Assembly: GCF_006345805.1 (NCBI RefSeq)
Contig: NW_021825108.1
Coordinates: 1 to 17,297 of the forward strand
Length of the DNA: 17,297 nucleotides
Reading direction: 5' to 3'
Origin: Octopus sinensis
Lineage: Eukaryota
In this document: piece by piece, positions 1 to 9,249 of the stretch
How the letters are laid out: the number at the start of each line of letters is the position of its first letter
Position numbering within the stretch: position 1 is the stretch's first letter
Position numbers and translations under genes: made by a program
The notes under the pieces: model-generated
What the model was told of the DNA's origin: nothing
Database searches by the model: none
Seen by the model: only the letters and a program-made list of their open reading frames with translations

Positions 1-33
1 GTGTATATGGATACGTGTACCGTGGGGAAAACT

Positions 34-77
34 GGATTCTGACGTTTCTTTGTTGAACCTTGGTCTGCAGGGGAATC
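34..77 (-). ncRNA. Decayed type I hammerhead ribozyme-like motif (Penelope-type)
   Basis: Minus strand reads GGATTC-C-CTGCAGA-(15 nt)-GAA-ACGT-C-A-GAATCC. It has a 6-bp stem I, a core with an A6C change, palindromic stem III ACGT and a GUC site. Stem II does not pair. Confidence 0.35.
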
Positions 78-344
78 CGCGGAATGAAATCGATCAGCCT
101 GACTAATCTATATTTTAGCATCGTTGACCACTAACTCTGATTGGTTTACAGGCGCTCACCCCACCCGTCCACCCTCACTATACGTAGAGTCACGCTTTTG
201 CACACATACATGTACGCGCATACGCTCTCATACGCACACATTCGCAAAGACACACACGCACGTGCAGATTCAATCACTCACAGTCAAACACACGTGCACG
301 GACATGGAAGCACACACACGCACCCCCACCACAGACACATGCCT

Positions 345-762
345 ATAGGTCGCAGGAGTGGTTGTGTGGTAAGTAGCTTGCTTACCAACCACATGGTTCC
401 GGGTTCAGTCCCACTGCGTGGCATCTTGGGCAAGTGTCTTCTGCTATAGCCCCGGGCAGACCAATGCCTTGTGAGTGGATTTGGTAGACGGAAACTGAAA
501 GAAGCCCGTCGTATATATGTATATGTATGTGTGTATGTGTGTGTATGTGTTTGTGTGTCTGTGTTTGTCCCCCTAGCATTGCTTGACAACCGATGCTGGT
601 GTGTTTACGTCCCCGTCACTTAGCGGTTTGGCAAAAGAGACCGATAGAATAAGTACTGGGCTTACAAAGAATAAGTCCTGGGGTCGATCGATGTGCTCGA
701 CTAAAGGCGGTGCTCCAGCATGGCTGCAGACAAATGACTGAAACAAGTAAAAGAGAAAAGAG
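345..762 (+). mobile_element. Full-length tRNA-derived SINE, family A (CORE-like block, internal TA/TG microsatellite, AAAAGAG tail)
   Basis: A-box-like TGGTTGTGTGG 359-369, B-box-like GGTTCAGTCCC 402-412, CORE-like CTTGGGCAAGT 425-435. Homologous to copies at 4379-5430 and 6769-7149, and at 14929-15125 on the minus strand. Confidence 0.9.
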
Positions 763-786
763 ATATATACATACATACATATATAT

Positions 787-817
<31 letters not shown>

Positions 818-870
818 CATACATACACACATACATACACCACACACACACATATATATATATATATATA
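763..870. repeat. Compound (TACA)n/(TA)n/(CA)n microsatellite
   Basis: Direct reading. Confidence 0.95.
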
Positions 871-877
871 CCATCAT

Positions 878-975
878 TGGTGGTGCAATGGCCCAGCGGT
901 TAGGGCAGCGGACTCGCAGTCATAGGATCGCGGTTTCGATTCCCAGACCGGGCGTTGTGAGCGTTTATTGAGCTC
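878..975 (+). mobile_element. 3'-truncated tRNA-derived SINE, family B (head only)
   Basis: A box TGGCCCAGCGG 889-899, B box GGTTTCGATTCCC 932-944. Near-identical to the first ~95 nt of the full copy at 14498-14809. Confidence 0.88.
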
Positions 976-1065
976 ATCTTTATTGTGCTCATCTTTCATC
1001 AGGTGTATTGGGGAAATTTCGAACCCAGGTTCTCATTCTTAAGGTATTTTTCGATATTATTATTA

Positions 1066-1101
<36 letters not shown>

Positions 1102-1240
1102 TATTATTATTATTATTATAATTATTATTGTTATTATTGTTATTGTTATTATTCAGGTCACTGCCTGGAATCGAACTCAGAATCTCGGGGTTAGTAGCCC
1201 GCGCTCTTAACCACGACGCCATATACCCACGGGCATATGG
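976..1240 (-). mobile_element. tRNA-headed SINE-like element, family C: head + (AAT)n + unique tail ending at CTGATGA, truncated
   Basis: Minus strand has A box TGGCGTCGTGG (1221-1211), B box GAGTTCGATTCC (1178-1167), an (AAT)n run, then ATCGAAAAATACC...ACACCTGATGAAAG. Confidence 0.75.
1054..1153. repeat. (ATT)n microsatellite internal to the family C element
   Basis: Direct reading. Confidence 0.95.
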
Positions 1241-1672
1241 ACTATTATCTAGCTCGTTCTTTATTTTGATTAAGTTGGTAAGATCTAATTTCGAGGAGGT
1301 GGAAATTGGGTACTATTTCTAGCGCGTGGAGAACAAACTCTTAACTGTGCTCCGATTTCTCTTTCAATATGAGATTATTTTCTAGTGAAGCTTTAAGATT
1401 GTCGTGTCCCCACTCAATAAGGTTTAAACTAATTATGAGAAAAGAAATAATAAAAAAGGGACAAAATATGACAAAGAAGAATGCGGAAATTGCAATTAAA
1501 TTTGACAAGGCATAATGAAAGTTTAACGAGTTGCGGTAAAAATGAAAATTTCAGCTGCGGCTTTGTTGAGTGTGTGTGTGTGGTACGTCGTACACCAGAT
1601 GTACAAACATGCACGAAAGCGGGAAAATAAAAAGAACGGGGAATAGGCACACACTCGTACATACATTCACGC

Positions 1673-1684
1673 ATCTATCTATCC

Positions 1685-1738
<54 letters not shown>
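1673..1738. repeat. (CTAT)n microsatellite
   Basis: Direct reading. Confidence 0.97.
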
Positions 1739-2127
1739 TTATTAAAAAAAAAAGGTGGGTGAATGTAGCAAAGATGGTGCATGCGAGTGACGAAACCATT
1801 TTGAGCATGACCCTGTAAATCGTAAAAAAGAGAGAGAACATTTTGCTCTCATGTGGTTATTTCCTCCCTGACTGAGGTTCCCGTGGTCTTTTCTGTAGGC
1901 TTTTCTTCCCACGGATGAACCCAATCTTATTTTATTAATGTTTTTTTTTTTTAAAAAGTGTTCCTGTGATACACGATTTCTTTCCTTTTTTCTTTCTTCC
2001 TCTCGATCCCTTTTGATCGGAATCTTACATTTAATTTCCTTTTATTTTTCCACCCTCGAAAAAAAAACGTTCTACATTTGTATTTGTTCCCTCTGTATTC
2101 AGCCCTGTGCGGCCAATGAAAGAAAGT

Positions 2128-2137
2128 TATCTGTCTG

Positions 2138-2207
<70 letters not shown>
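2128..2207. repeat. (CTAT)n microsatellite
   Basis: Direct reading. Confidence 0.97.
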
Positions 2208-2212
<5 letters not shown>

Positions 2213-2434
2213 ACCTTTCTGTTTATATGTGTGTGCTTGCGTGCGTCCATGGACGGAAGCGTATAAATGAGTGATGATCGTTATCTAGAACGAGTTGTAT
2301 TAAATTTAAGCCAAAAACCGTTGTCCGTGGTATATGAATTAAAAGCGGCCTTCAAAATGTTGGCACGGCATCTAACATTTCGTGGAAGAACTGCAATTCT
2401 TGTTAAAGGAGAAAAGAAACAAAATGGTGAAGTA

Positions 2435-2843
2435 GACAGATAAGAGAAAGAGAGAAGAGGGTGTGGGAGAGATATTTGAAGAGAGAGTGGGGGAGAGTAA
2501 AAGAGAAAAAGAGAGGGGAGAGAGGGATGAAAGAGAGAGAAAGGAAGTTACATACGTAGACAAATAAATAGAGGGATTAATAGATATCCATTGATAGGTA
2601 AACAGATAGGTGGGTGGACTGGGTGATGGGTAGACAGACAGACAGAAAGGTAGGAAGATAGATAGACAGATAGTTAGAGATAGATAGATAGGTAGATAGA
2701 AAGATATATAGACAGACAGAATTAGACAGAGAAGTAGAAAGATAGCAAGTTAGCAAGGGAGCTAGTCAGACAGATAGATAAACAGACAACATGTAGACAG
2801 ACAGACTGATGGACAGATAGATTGAGAGACAGACAGATAGATC

Positions 2844-2930
<87 letters not shown>

Positions 2931-3129
2931 TGAGAGAGAGAGTCAGAGAGAAACAGAGAGAGATGAGCGGATACATAGATAAATAAAATAGATAGGGAGG
3001 ACTATAGCTAAATAGATAGGGAGGTAGATAGATAGTCAGATATACATCTGGATAGAAAAATAAGTAGATAGATGGATAGATACTTAGATAGAAAATAGAT
3101 AGAAAGATAGATAAATAGTAGATAGATAG

Positions 3130-3206
<77 letters not shown>

Positions 3207-3214
3207 AGAGAAAA

Positions 3215-3253
<39 letters not shown>

Positions 3254-3279
3254 AGATAGATAGAGAAATAGATAGATAA

Positions 3280-3348
<69 letters not shown>

Positions 3349-3360
3349 CAGATAGATAGA
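2435..3360. repeat. Purine-rich low-complexity block with (GATA)n about 2843-2930 and 3215-3360, (TA)n about 3135-3172, (GA)n about 3172-3210
   Basis: Direct reading. Confidence 0.95.
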
Positions 3361-3568
3361 TTGCACAAGGTAAAGACAGGCTAGCAATAAGAAGTGTAAA
3401 CATACGGATCAAGGAAGGTTTAAATTTATCGTATTTATTTCATGTTCCTTATTGCTATTTCTTAAGGCTAGTCATATCCCGAGGGTGATGGTCAATTATA
3501 GCTGGCCACACTATGGTCTAATTAGTAACATTCAGCCGTGTGTTGGCCAGCTCTGAATTCCACTTTAG

Positions 3569-3693
3569 TGTCATGGCTTAATTATTGCGTTCTGTTTCAC
3601 GATTGGACAGTTGCCGTTATTCATGGCCGATGACAAAAGGTTGAAAATTAGCACTTCCGTTCTGATTGGTGGAAGACACAACAGCAAAGGAAG
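3569..3693 (+). CDS. Candidate coding exon, CHGLIIAFCFTIGQLPLFMADDKRLKISTSVLIGGRHNSKG(R), product unidentified
   Basis: Acceptor ccactttAG at 3567-3568, 125-nt open frame, donor AAG|GTAGGA at 3693/3694. It ends in phase 2, matching the exon at 5747. The 5' boundary is uncertain; an in-frame ATG lies at 3623. Confidence 0.5.
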
Positions 3694-3699
3694 GTAGGA

Positions 3700-4030
3700 A
3701 TGTATATGTGTGTGTGTATGTGTGTGTGCGTGTGTGTGCGCGTGCGCAGGTATGTGTGTGTGTGTATTATACATATATACATACATGCATTCACACATAC
3801 ACACAGATGTGCGTATGTATGTTTATAAATGCAAAAGTATATATATATATATATATACACATATATATTTGTATATTCATAAATGTATACAAATGTATAT
3901 ATATATGTTTATACACACACACACGCACACACAAACATATATATATACACATGTGTATATATGCATATAGAGAGATATGTACGTATATCTGTGTGTAAGC
4001 TTATGTTTGTGTGTGTGGATGTATCTATCC

Positions 4031-4098
<68 letters not shown>

Positions 4099-4140
4099 GT
4101 CTGTATGTATGTATGTATGTATGTATTATGTGTGTGTGTT
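3700..4140. repeat. Compound (TG)n/(TA)n/(CA)n block with (CTAT)n about 4022-4098
   Basis: Direct reading. Confidence 0.95.
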
Positions 4141-4746
4141 TGTGCGTATGCATATACATATACGGACATATACACAAGTCGATAGATAGATAGATATGTG
4201 CATATTGTTACGTATATACGTACACACGTACGCATGCATTGATATGTCAATGGAGAGAGGGAAAACTGAGAGAGTGAGAAAGAGAGACAGGGTGGAAAGT
4301 GCTTGTTTGACGATACATAGTGACCGAGAGGGATACACACACACACACACACACAACACATACACACAAAGACACCCAGTGGTAAGTAGCTTGCTTACCA
4401 ACCACATGGTTCTGGGTTCAGTCCCACTGCGTGACACCTTGGGCAAGTGTCTTCTACTATAGCCTCGGGCCGACCAAAGCCTTGTGAGTGGATTTGGTAG
4501 ACGGAAACTGAAATAAGCCTGTCGTGTATATTATATATATATGTGTGTGTGTTTGTGCGTATGCATATACATATACGGACATATACACAAGTCGATAGAT
4601 AGATAGATATGTGCATATTGTTACGTATATACGTACACACGTACGCATGCATTGATATGTCAATGGAGAGAGGGAAAACTGAGAGAGTGAGAAAGAGAGA
4701 CAGGGTGTGAAAGTGCTTGTTTGACGATACATAGTGACCGAGAGGG

Positions 4747-4790
<44 letters not shown>

Positions 4791-4966
4791 ACAAAGACAC
4801 CCAGTGGTAAGTAGCTTGCTTACCAACCACATGGTTCTGGGTTCAGGCCCACTGCGTGACACCTTGGGCAAGTGTCTTCTACTATAGCCTCGGGCCGACC
4901 AAAGCCTTGTGAGTGGATTTGGTAGACGGAAACTGAAATAAGCCTGTCGTGTATATGTATATATAT
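4128..4966. repeat. Tandem duplication of about 413/426 bp (unique flank + 5' half of SINE A)
   Basis: Units 4128-4540 and 4541-4966 are nearly identical, including the non-repetitive flank. They differ mainly in CA-run length. Confidence 0.95.
4379..4540 (+). mobile_element. SINE family A 5' half (first duplicate), lacking about 20 nt at the 5' end
   Basis: GTGGTAAGTAGCTTGC...GGTTCAGTCCC...CCTTGGGCAAGT, matching 345-762. Confidence 0.92.
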
Positions 4967-5190
4967 ATGTGTGTGTGTTTGTGAGTCTGTGTTTGTCCCC
5001 CCAACATCGCCTGACAACCGATGCTGGTGTGTTTACGTCCCGGTAACTTAGCGGTTCAGCAAAAAAATAGACCAATAGAATAAGTACTAGGCTTACAAAG
5101 AATAAGTCCTGGGGTCGATTTGCTCGACTAAAGGCAGTGCTCCAGCATGGCCGCAGTCAAATGACTGAAACAAGTAAAAGAGTAAAAGAG
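4804..5190 (+). mobile_element. SINE family A, near full length
   Basis: Head, CORE-like block, internal microsatellite and tail ending GTAAAAGAGTAAAAGAG. Confidence 0.93.
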
Positions 5191-5430
5191 TGTGTGTGTC
5201 TATGTGTTTGTGTTTGTCCCCCAACATCGCTTGACAACCGATGCTGGTGTGTTTACGTCTCCGTAACTTAGCGGTTCAGCAAAAAAATAGACCGATAGAA
5301 TAAGTACTAGGCTTACAAAAAATAAGTCCTGGGGTCGATTTGCTCTCGACTAAAGGCGGTGCTCCAGCATGGCCGCAGTCAAATGACTGAAACAAGTAAA
5401 AGAGTAAAGAGTAAAGAGTAAAGAGTAAGA
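5191..5430 (+). mobile_element. SINE family A 3' half (tandem duplicate of the preceding tail), with (GAGTAAA)n end
   Basis: Shares the private variant CGGTTCAGCAAAAAAATAGACC with 4981-5190, which is absent from the copy at 345-762. Confidence 0.92.
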
Positions 5431-5746
5431 CGTACACACACACATGCGTAATAACACGCACACACGAATGGTGGAGAAATGGCTGAGTAGCTTGGAGTGT
5501 TTTCTATTCACAGCGGTTGAGGTTGTCTAGCTCAGATTGAAAGGGAAAGTATGGATGTTCATGTGGTTACTATTTAGTACCAGGTCACATTTGATCGATC
5601 AGTCTGTCTTATAACTAAACGTATAACACCTTTAACTCACACGTATTTTCAAAGGACTGTTCTATCGAATCTTGTAAGTCGGGAGGCTCATTAAGCCAAT
5701 AATTAACACACGTAATGGTTCTCATTCACTTCTTTTTGTTAACCAG

Positions 5747-5846
5747 GTTTAACAGACGACTTGAAGCAGATGTGGAGTCGAGAAGGCATGTCATTGATAG
5801 AGTTGTCAATGGCGATGAAAGGACTTTGGCAAACCTCATTGATTGA
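5747..5846 (+). CDS. Candidate terminal coding exon, (R)FNRRLEADVESRRHVIDRVVNGDERTLANLID*
   Basis: Strong acceptor ttctcattcacttctttttgttaaccAG at 5745-5746. The phase-2 frame is open to TGA 5844-5846, with strong purine/G bias at codon position 1. Confidence 0.6.
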
Positions 5847-5915
5847 TTGACCATACAATTAGTCATGCAATGGACCAGTTAATTAGTTAAATGATTAATT
5901 ACTTGAATAATATTA

Positions 5916-6055
5916 ATGGTTTCAAATTTTGGTAAAGGGCTGCGTTTTTTGTGTGGTCATATGGGAGATGTGGGGACTTGATTGCATCGATTCCACTCTT
6001 TAACAGTTACTCATTTCATCAACTCTGAAAAGATGAAAGACAATATTTGAAGTGA
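5916..6055 (-). mobile_element. Old degenerate SINE related to family D
   Basis: gacttgattgcatcgattcc...actcatttcatcaactctgaaaagatgaaagacaa aligns by eye to gtcgattatatcgac...actttatttatcgaccccgagaggatgaaaggcaa in 6206-6438. Confidence 0.5.
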
Positions 6056-6205
6056 CGTAAGATGGAAATCTATCTATCAGCGGTCATCTCGTATCTATTC
6101 TGACACGGCGTATCTAAGCATATCTTGTCCGATGTAGACATCATTTTAGAACGATAGCGCGAATTTTGCATGAAATTTACTTCTTGTAGATCTAGCGACA
6201 ATATA

Positions 6206-6438
6206 TATTTCTTTACTACCCACAAGGGGCTAAACATAGAGGGGACAAACAAGGACAGACAAAGGGATTGAGTCGATTATATCGACACAGTGCGAAACTG
6301 GTACTTTATTTATCGACCCCGAGAGGATGAAAGGCAAAGTCGACCACGGCGGAATTTGAACTCAGAACGTAACGACAGACGAAATACGGCCACGCATTTC
6401 GCCCGGCGCGCTAACGTTTCTGCCAGCTCGCCGCCTTG
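6206..6438 (-). mobile_element. Full-length tRNA-derived SINE, family D, with 13-bp TSD
   Basis: Minus-strand A-box-like TGGCAGAAACG (6425-6415) and B box GAGTTCAAATTCC (6363-6351). TSD TAGCGACAATATA at 6193-6205 and 6439-6451. A second copy lies at 8306-8504. Confidence 0.93.
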
Positions 6439-6768
6439 TAGCGACAATATAGAGCAGGGTTTGTGCAAGTAAGACGTGTAAGATTTGGAGGCGATATGGA
6501 TAAACTCAGAATGGTTTGTAAGGACGTAAAAACTGACTGAAACATCCAATGGAGTTTTAATAGAGTTTCAAACGATTTTATGAGTTCAGCCCTTTGGCTT
6601 TTGGTAAATGATTTAAAGAATATCGTAATTTGATGGAAGCCTCACAGTATACAGAAACGAGCTACGTGACTGAAACACCCGTCAGCAAAGAGGATACGGA
6701 ATTAATCAAAATACGTAAAGTGATGTGAATGAAATTAAAACAAATATAAAGATATTGTGTTGATTTAT

Positions 6769-7149
6769 ATGGCTGTGTGGTTAAGAAGTTCGCTTTCCAA
6801 TCACGTGGTTTTTGGATAAGTCCAACTGCGCTTCTCCTTGGGCAATTGTCTTCTGCTATAACCTGGGGTGGACCAGTTTGTTTTGAGTGAATTTGGCTGG
6901 CGGAAACTTGGTGGAAGCTCGTTATAGATATAAATTTGTATGTGTATGTGTGTGTTTGTGTTTGCATTTGTATCACCAACTGTTTGAAGACAAATGTTGG
7001 CTTGCTTCTGTCTGCGTAACTTAACAGTTCGGCAAAAGAAATTGATGAAAAGTGAAGTCAGTTTGTTCGACTAACTGCCCGAAGCAATGCCCTAGCATGG
7101 CCTCAGTCTAGTGCTTGAAACAAAAAAAAAATAAAAGATAAAAGAAAAT
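6769..7149 (+). mobile_element. Old diverged SINE of the family A lineage
   Basis: TGGCTGTGTGG head, CCTTGGGCAATTGTCTTCTGCTATA, GTTCGGCAAAAGA and AGCATGGCC...TGAAACAA landmarks in the same order as family A. Confidence 0.8.
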
Positions 7150-7589
7150 TACTTAATATTTGTAAAATATTTCGGGAAAACATCTCCATTTCAAATACAA
7201 ACAATTTAAAAGCCCGGGAAAATTTGTTGTTACCGAAACGCCAATCCGGAGAACCCATAAACGGGTAAATTAGAGGTATACTGTCCACACGGCAAGTAAA
7301 AATGGTGTCGCATTTTTTTGAATAGTAATATCATATAATTGCATAACCTTTTGGCGCTAGATGATGCACAAAGTTCACATAGAGGATGGAAGTCCTTTGG
7401 TGTTGGCTATTTATTTCTTGCACCATCAGATTGAAGAATATCACTTGATGATATCTTTGATATGCGCTGTTACCTTGTCATGGAATCTCTTGAGGGGAAT
7501 ACAAAAGAATTTTTGCGTTGCTTTCCTTCTAGCGTTTCCTTTTAATTTTTTCAAAGTACTATTTTATCGGTTAAAGGTAATTGCGAGAT

Positions 7590-8110
7590 AGTAAGAGAGA
7601 GAGAAAGAGAGGCGAGAGAGAGAGGGAGAGAGAGAGAGAGAGAGAAAGGATGAGAGTAAGAGAGAGAGAGAGAGAGAAAAGGAATGAGAGTAAGAGAGAA
7701 AGAGAGTGAGGGAGGGAAAGTGAGTGAAAAGTGAGTCAGAGAGATAAAGTGTAGAGAAAGTACGTGAGATAGTGAAAAGTGAGGGGGAGAGAGGGAATGA
7801 GAGAGAGAGGGGGAGAGAGTGAGAGAAAAGGAGAGTTAACGTGAGATGAAGAATGACAGAGAGACAAATTAAGAGAGAGAGAGGGAGAGAGAGAGAATGA
7901 AAGAGAGGGAAAGGGGAAGTTAGCGTGAGACAAAAACGAGGGAGAGAGAATAATGAAGAGAGAGTGAGAGAGAAAGAGAGTGTATGTGTAGGAGAGGTAA
8001 GAAAGGAAAGGAAAAGAAAGAAGAGATTAAGACAGAAAGAATGAAATCCGAAAGAAAAAGAAGAGTAAAAGAGAGAGGAATAACGAAAAAAAAAATGAAG
8101 GAAAAGCTGA
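7590..8110 (+). repeat. About 520-bp polypurine (GA-rich) tract
   Basis: Direct reading. Confidence 0.93.
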
Positions 8111-8151
8111 GAAGACTGGAGTAACGTGACATGAAAGGTATTGTTCAGAGC

Positions 8152-8222
8152 TCCAACAGGGCTGGGAATCGAACCCAATCCTTTACACTCATGAACCCAG
8201 CAACCCTAAAAGTTACGGCCAC
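8152..8222 (-). mobile_element. Possible decayed tRNA-derived head
   Basis: Perfect B box GGTTCGATTCCC on the minus strand (8175-8164), but only a weak A box upstream. Confidence 0.3.
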
Positions 8223-8275
8223 GAACTCTCCCACTCCCCTAATCCCATTAAACAGTAAACTACAATATCATTCTT

Positions 8276-8288
8276 CCACTAGGTGGCG
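8276..8288 (+). promoter_or_regulatory. CTCF-like motif CCACTAGGTGGCG
   Basis: Matches the CTCF core CCASYAGRKGGCR. Motif match only, binding not shown. Confidence 0.4.
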
Positions 8289-8305
8289 TGCCTGCATAAT
8301 ATCTA

Positions 8306-8504
8306 TTTCTTTATTACCCACAAGGGGCTAAACATAGAGGGGACAAACAAGGACAGACAAAGGGATTAAGTCGATTTGCATCGACCCCAGTGCGTAACTG
8401 GTACTTAATTTATCGACCCCGAAAGGATGAAAGGCAAAGTCGACCTCGGCGGAATTTGAACTCAGAACGTAACGACGCCCGGCGTGCTAACGATTCTGCC
8501 AGCT
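8306..8504 (-). mobile_element. SINE family D copy with about 10-nt 5' truncation and 24-nt internal deletion
   Basis: Colinear with 6206-6438 but lacks AGACGAAATACGGCCACGCATTTC between the A and B boxes. Confidence 0.93.
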
Positions 8505-8524
8505 TAAACTACAATATCATTCTT

Positions 8525-8537
8525 CCACTAGATGGCG
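8525..8537 (+). promoter_or_regulatory. CTCF-like motif CCACTAGATGGCG
   Basis: Matches the CTCF core CCASYAGRKGGCR. Motif match only. Confidence 0.4.
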
Positions 8538-8819
8538 TGCCTGCATAATATCTACTCTCTTTATAAATTGCACGGAGCAGGCTTCTGGAAGCTTCCATTG
8601 GAGCCGTTCTCTGCCGACTCTGAAGGAATTACACAGACGTTGAAGAAATAAATATAGAAATATCTCTTGTCATTCCACTCGGAGATTCAATAATACACTA
8701 AATGAACTATCGATTAGCATTATTTTGGACAATTCTTGGAGGTCAGAGGTGAAGATATTTGCCATTTTCAACGTAAGAGTGGAATAAATAAAAAACAAAA
8801 TTAAACGAGGTTAACGTCT

Positions 8820-8989
8820 GAGTAGTAGTAGTAATAGTAGTAGTTGTGGTGGTGGTGAAGGTGGTGGTGGTGATGGTGGTGGTTGTAGTGGTAATTGTGG
8901 TTGTGGTAGTAGTGTTGATGGTAGTGGTCGTTGTAGTAGAAGTAGCATTGGTGGTAGTTGTAAAAATAATAGAGATACTAGCAGTAAAG

Positions 8990-9022
<33 letters not shown>

Positions 9023-9128
9023 ATTGTTGTTGTAGAAGGAATAGTAGTTGGGGTAGTAGCAGCAGCAGTAGTAGAAGTGATGGTGGTGGTGCTGGTTGTA
9101 TCATCGAGGTGGTGATCGTAGTAGTAGT

Positions 9129-9219
<91 letters not shown>
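8820..9219. repeat. (AGT)n/(GGT)n/(AGC)n trinucleotide block
   Basis: Direct reading. Confidence 0.95.
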
Positions 9220-9220
<1 letters not shown>

Positions 9221-9249
9221 ATTATTCCCTTGTTCACTTCTGAAGTTTA

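Larger units (their letters stand above)
8256..8554. repeat. 50-bp direct repeat (8256-8305, 8505-8554) flanking a SINE D copy
   Basis: TAAACTACAATATCATTCTTCCACTAG(G/A)TGGCGTGCCTGCATAATATCTA, 49/50 identical. Confidence 0.97.

Noticed and set aside
878-950. tRNA gene calls for the SINE heads (also 1153-1230 and 14498-14570)
   Set aside because: A and B boxes are present but the acceptor and anticodon stems do not close, and the heads continue into SINE bodies.
2268-2444. 58-codon ORF MSDDRYLERVVLNLSQKPLSVV... in unique sequence
   Set aside because: Short, no recognisable homology, no convincing splice sites, and it runs into a purine-rich repeat.
7430-7576. Possible 147-bp phase-0 exon (CAG acceptor, AAG|GTAATT donor), IEEYHLMISLICAV...
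   Set aside because: The composition is that of AT-rich noise (F/L/I-rich), it is not phase-compatible with the 3693 donor, and it lies beyond the stop at 5846. Not excluded, but unsupported.
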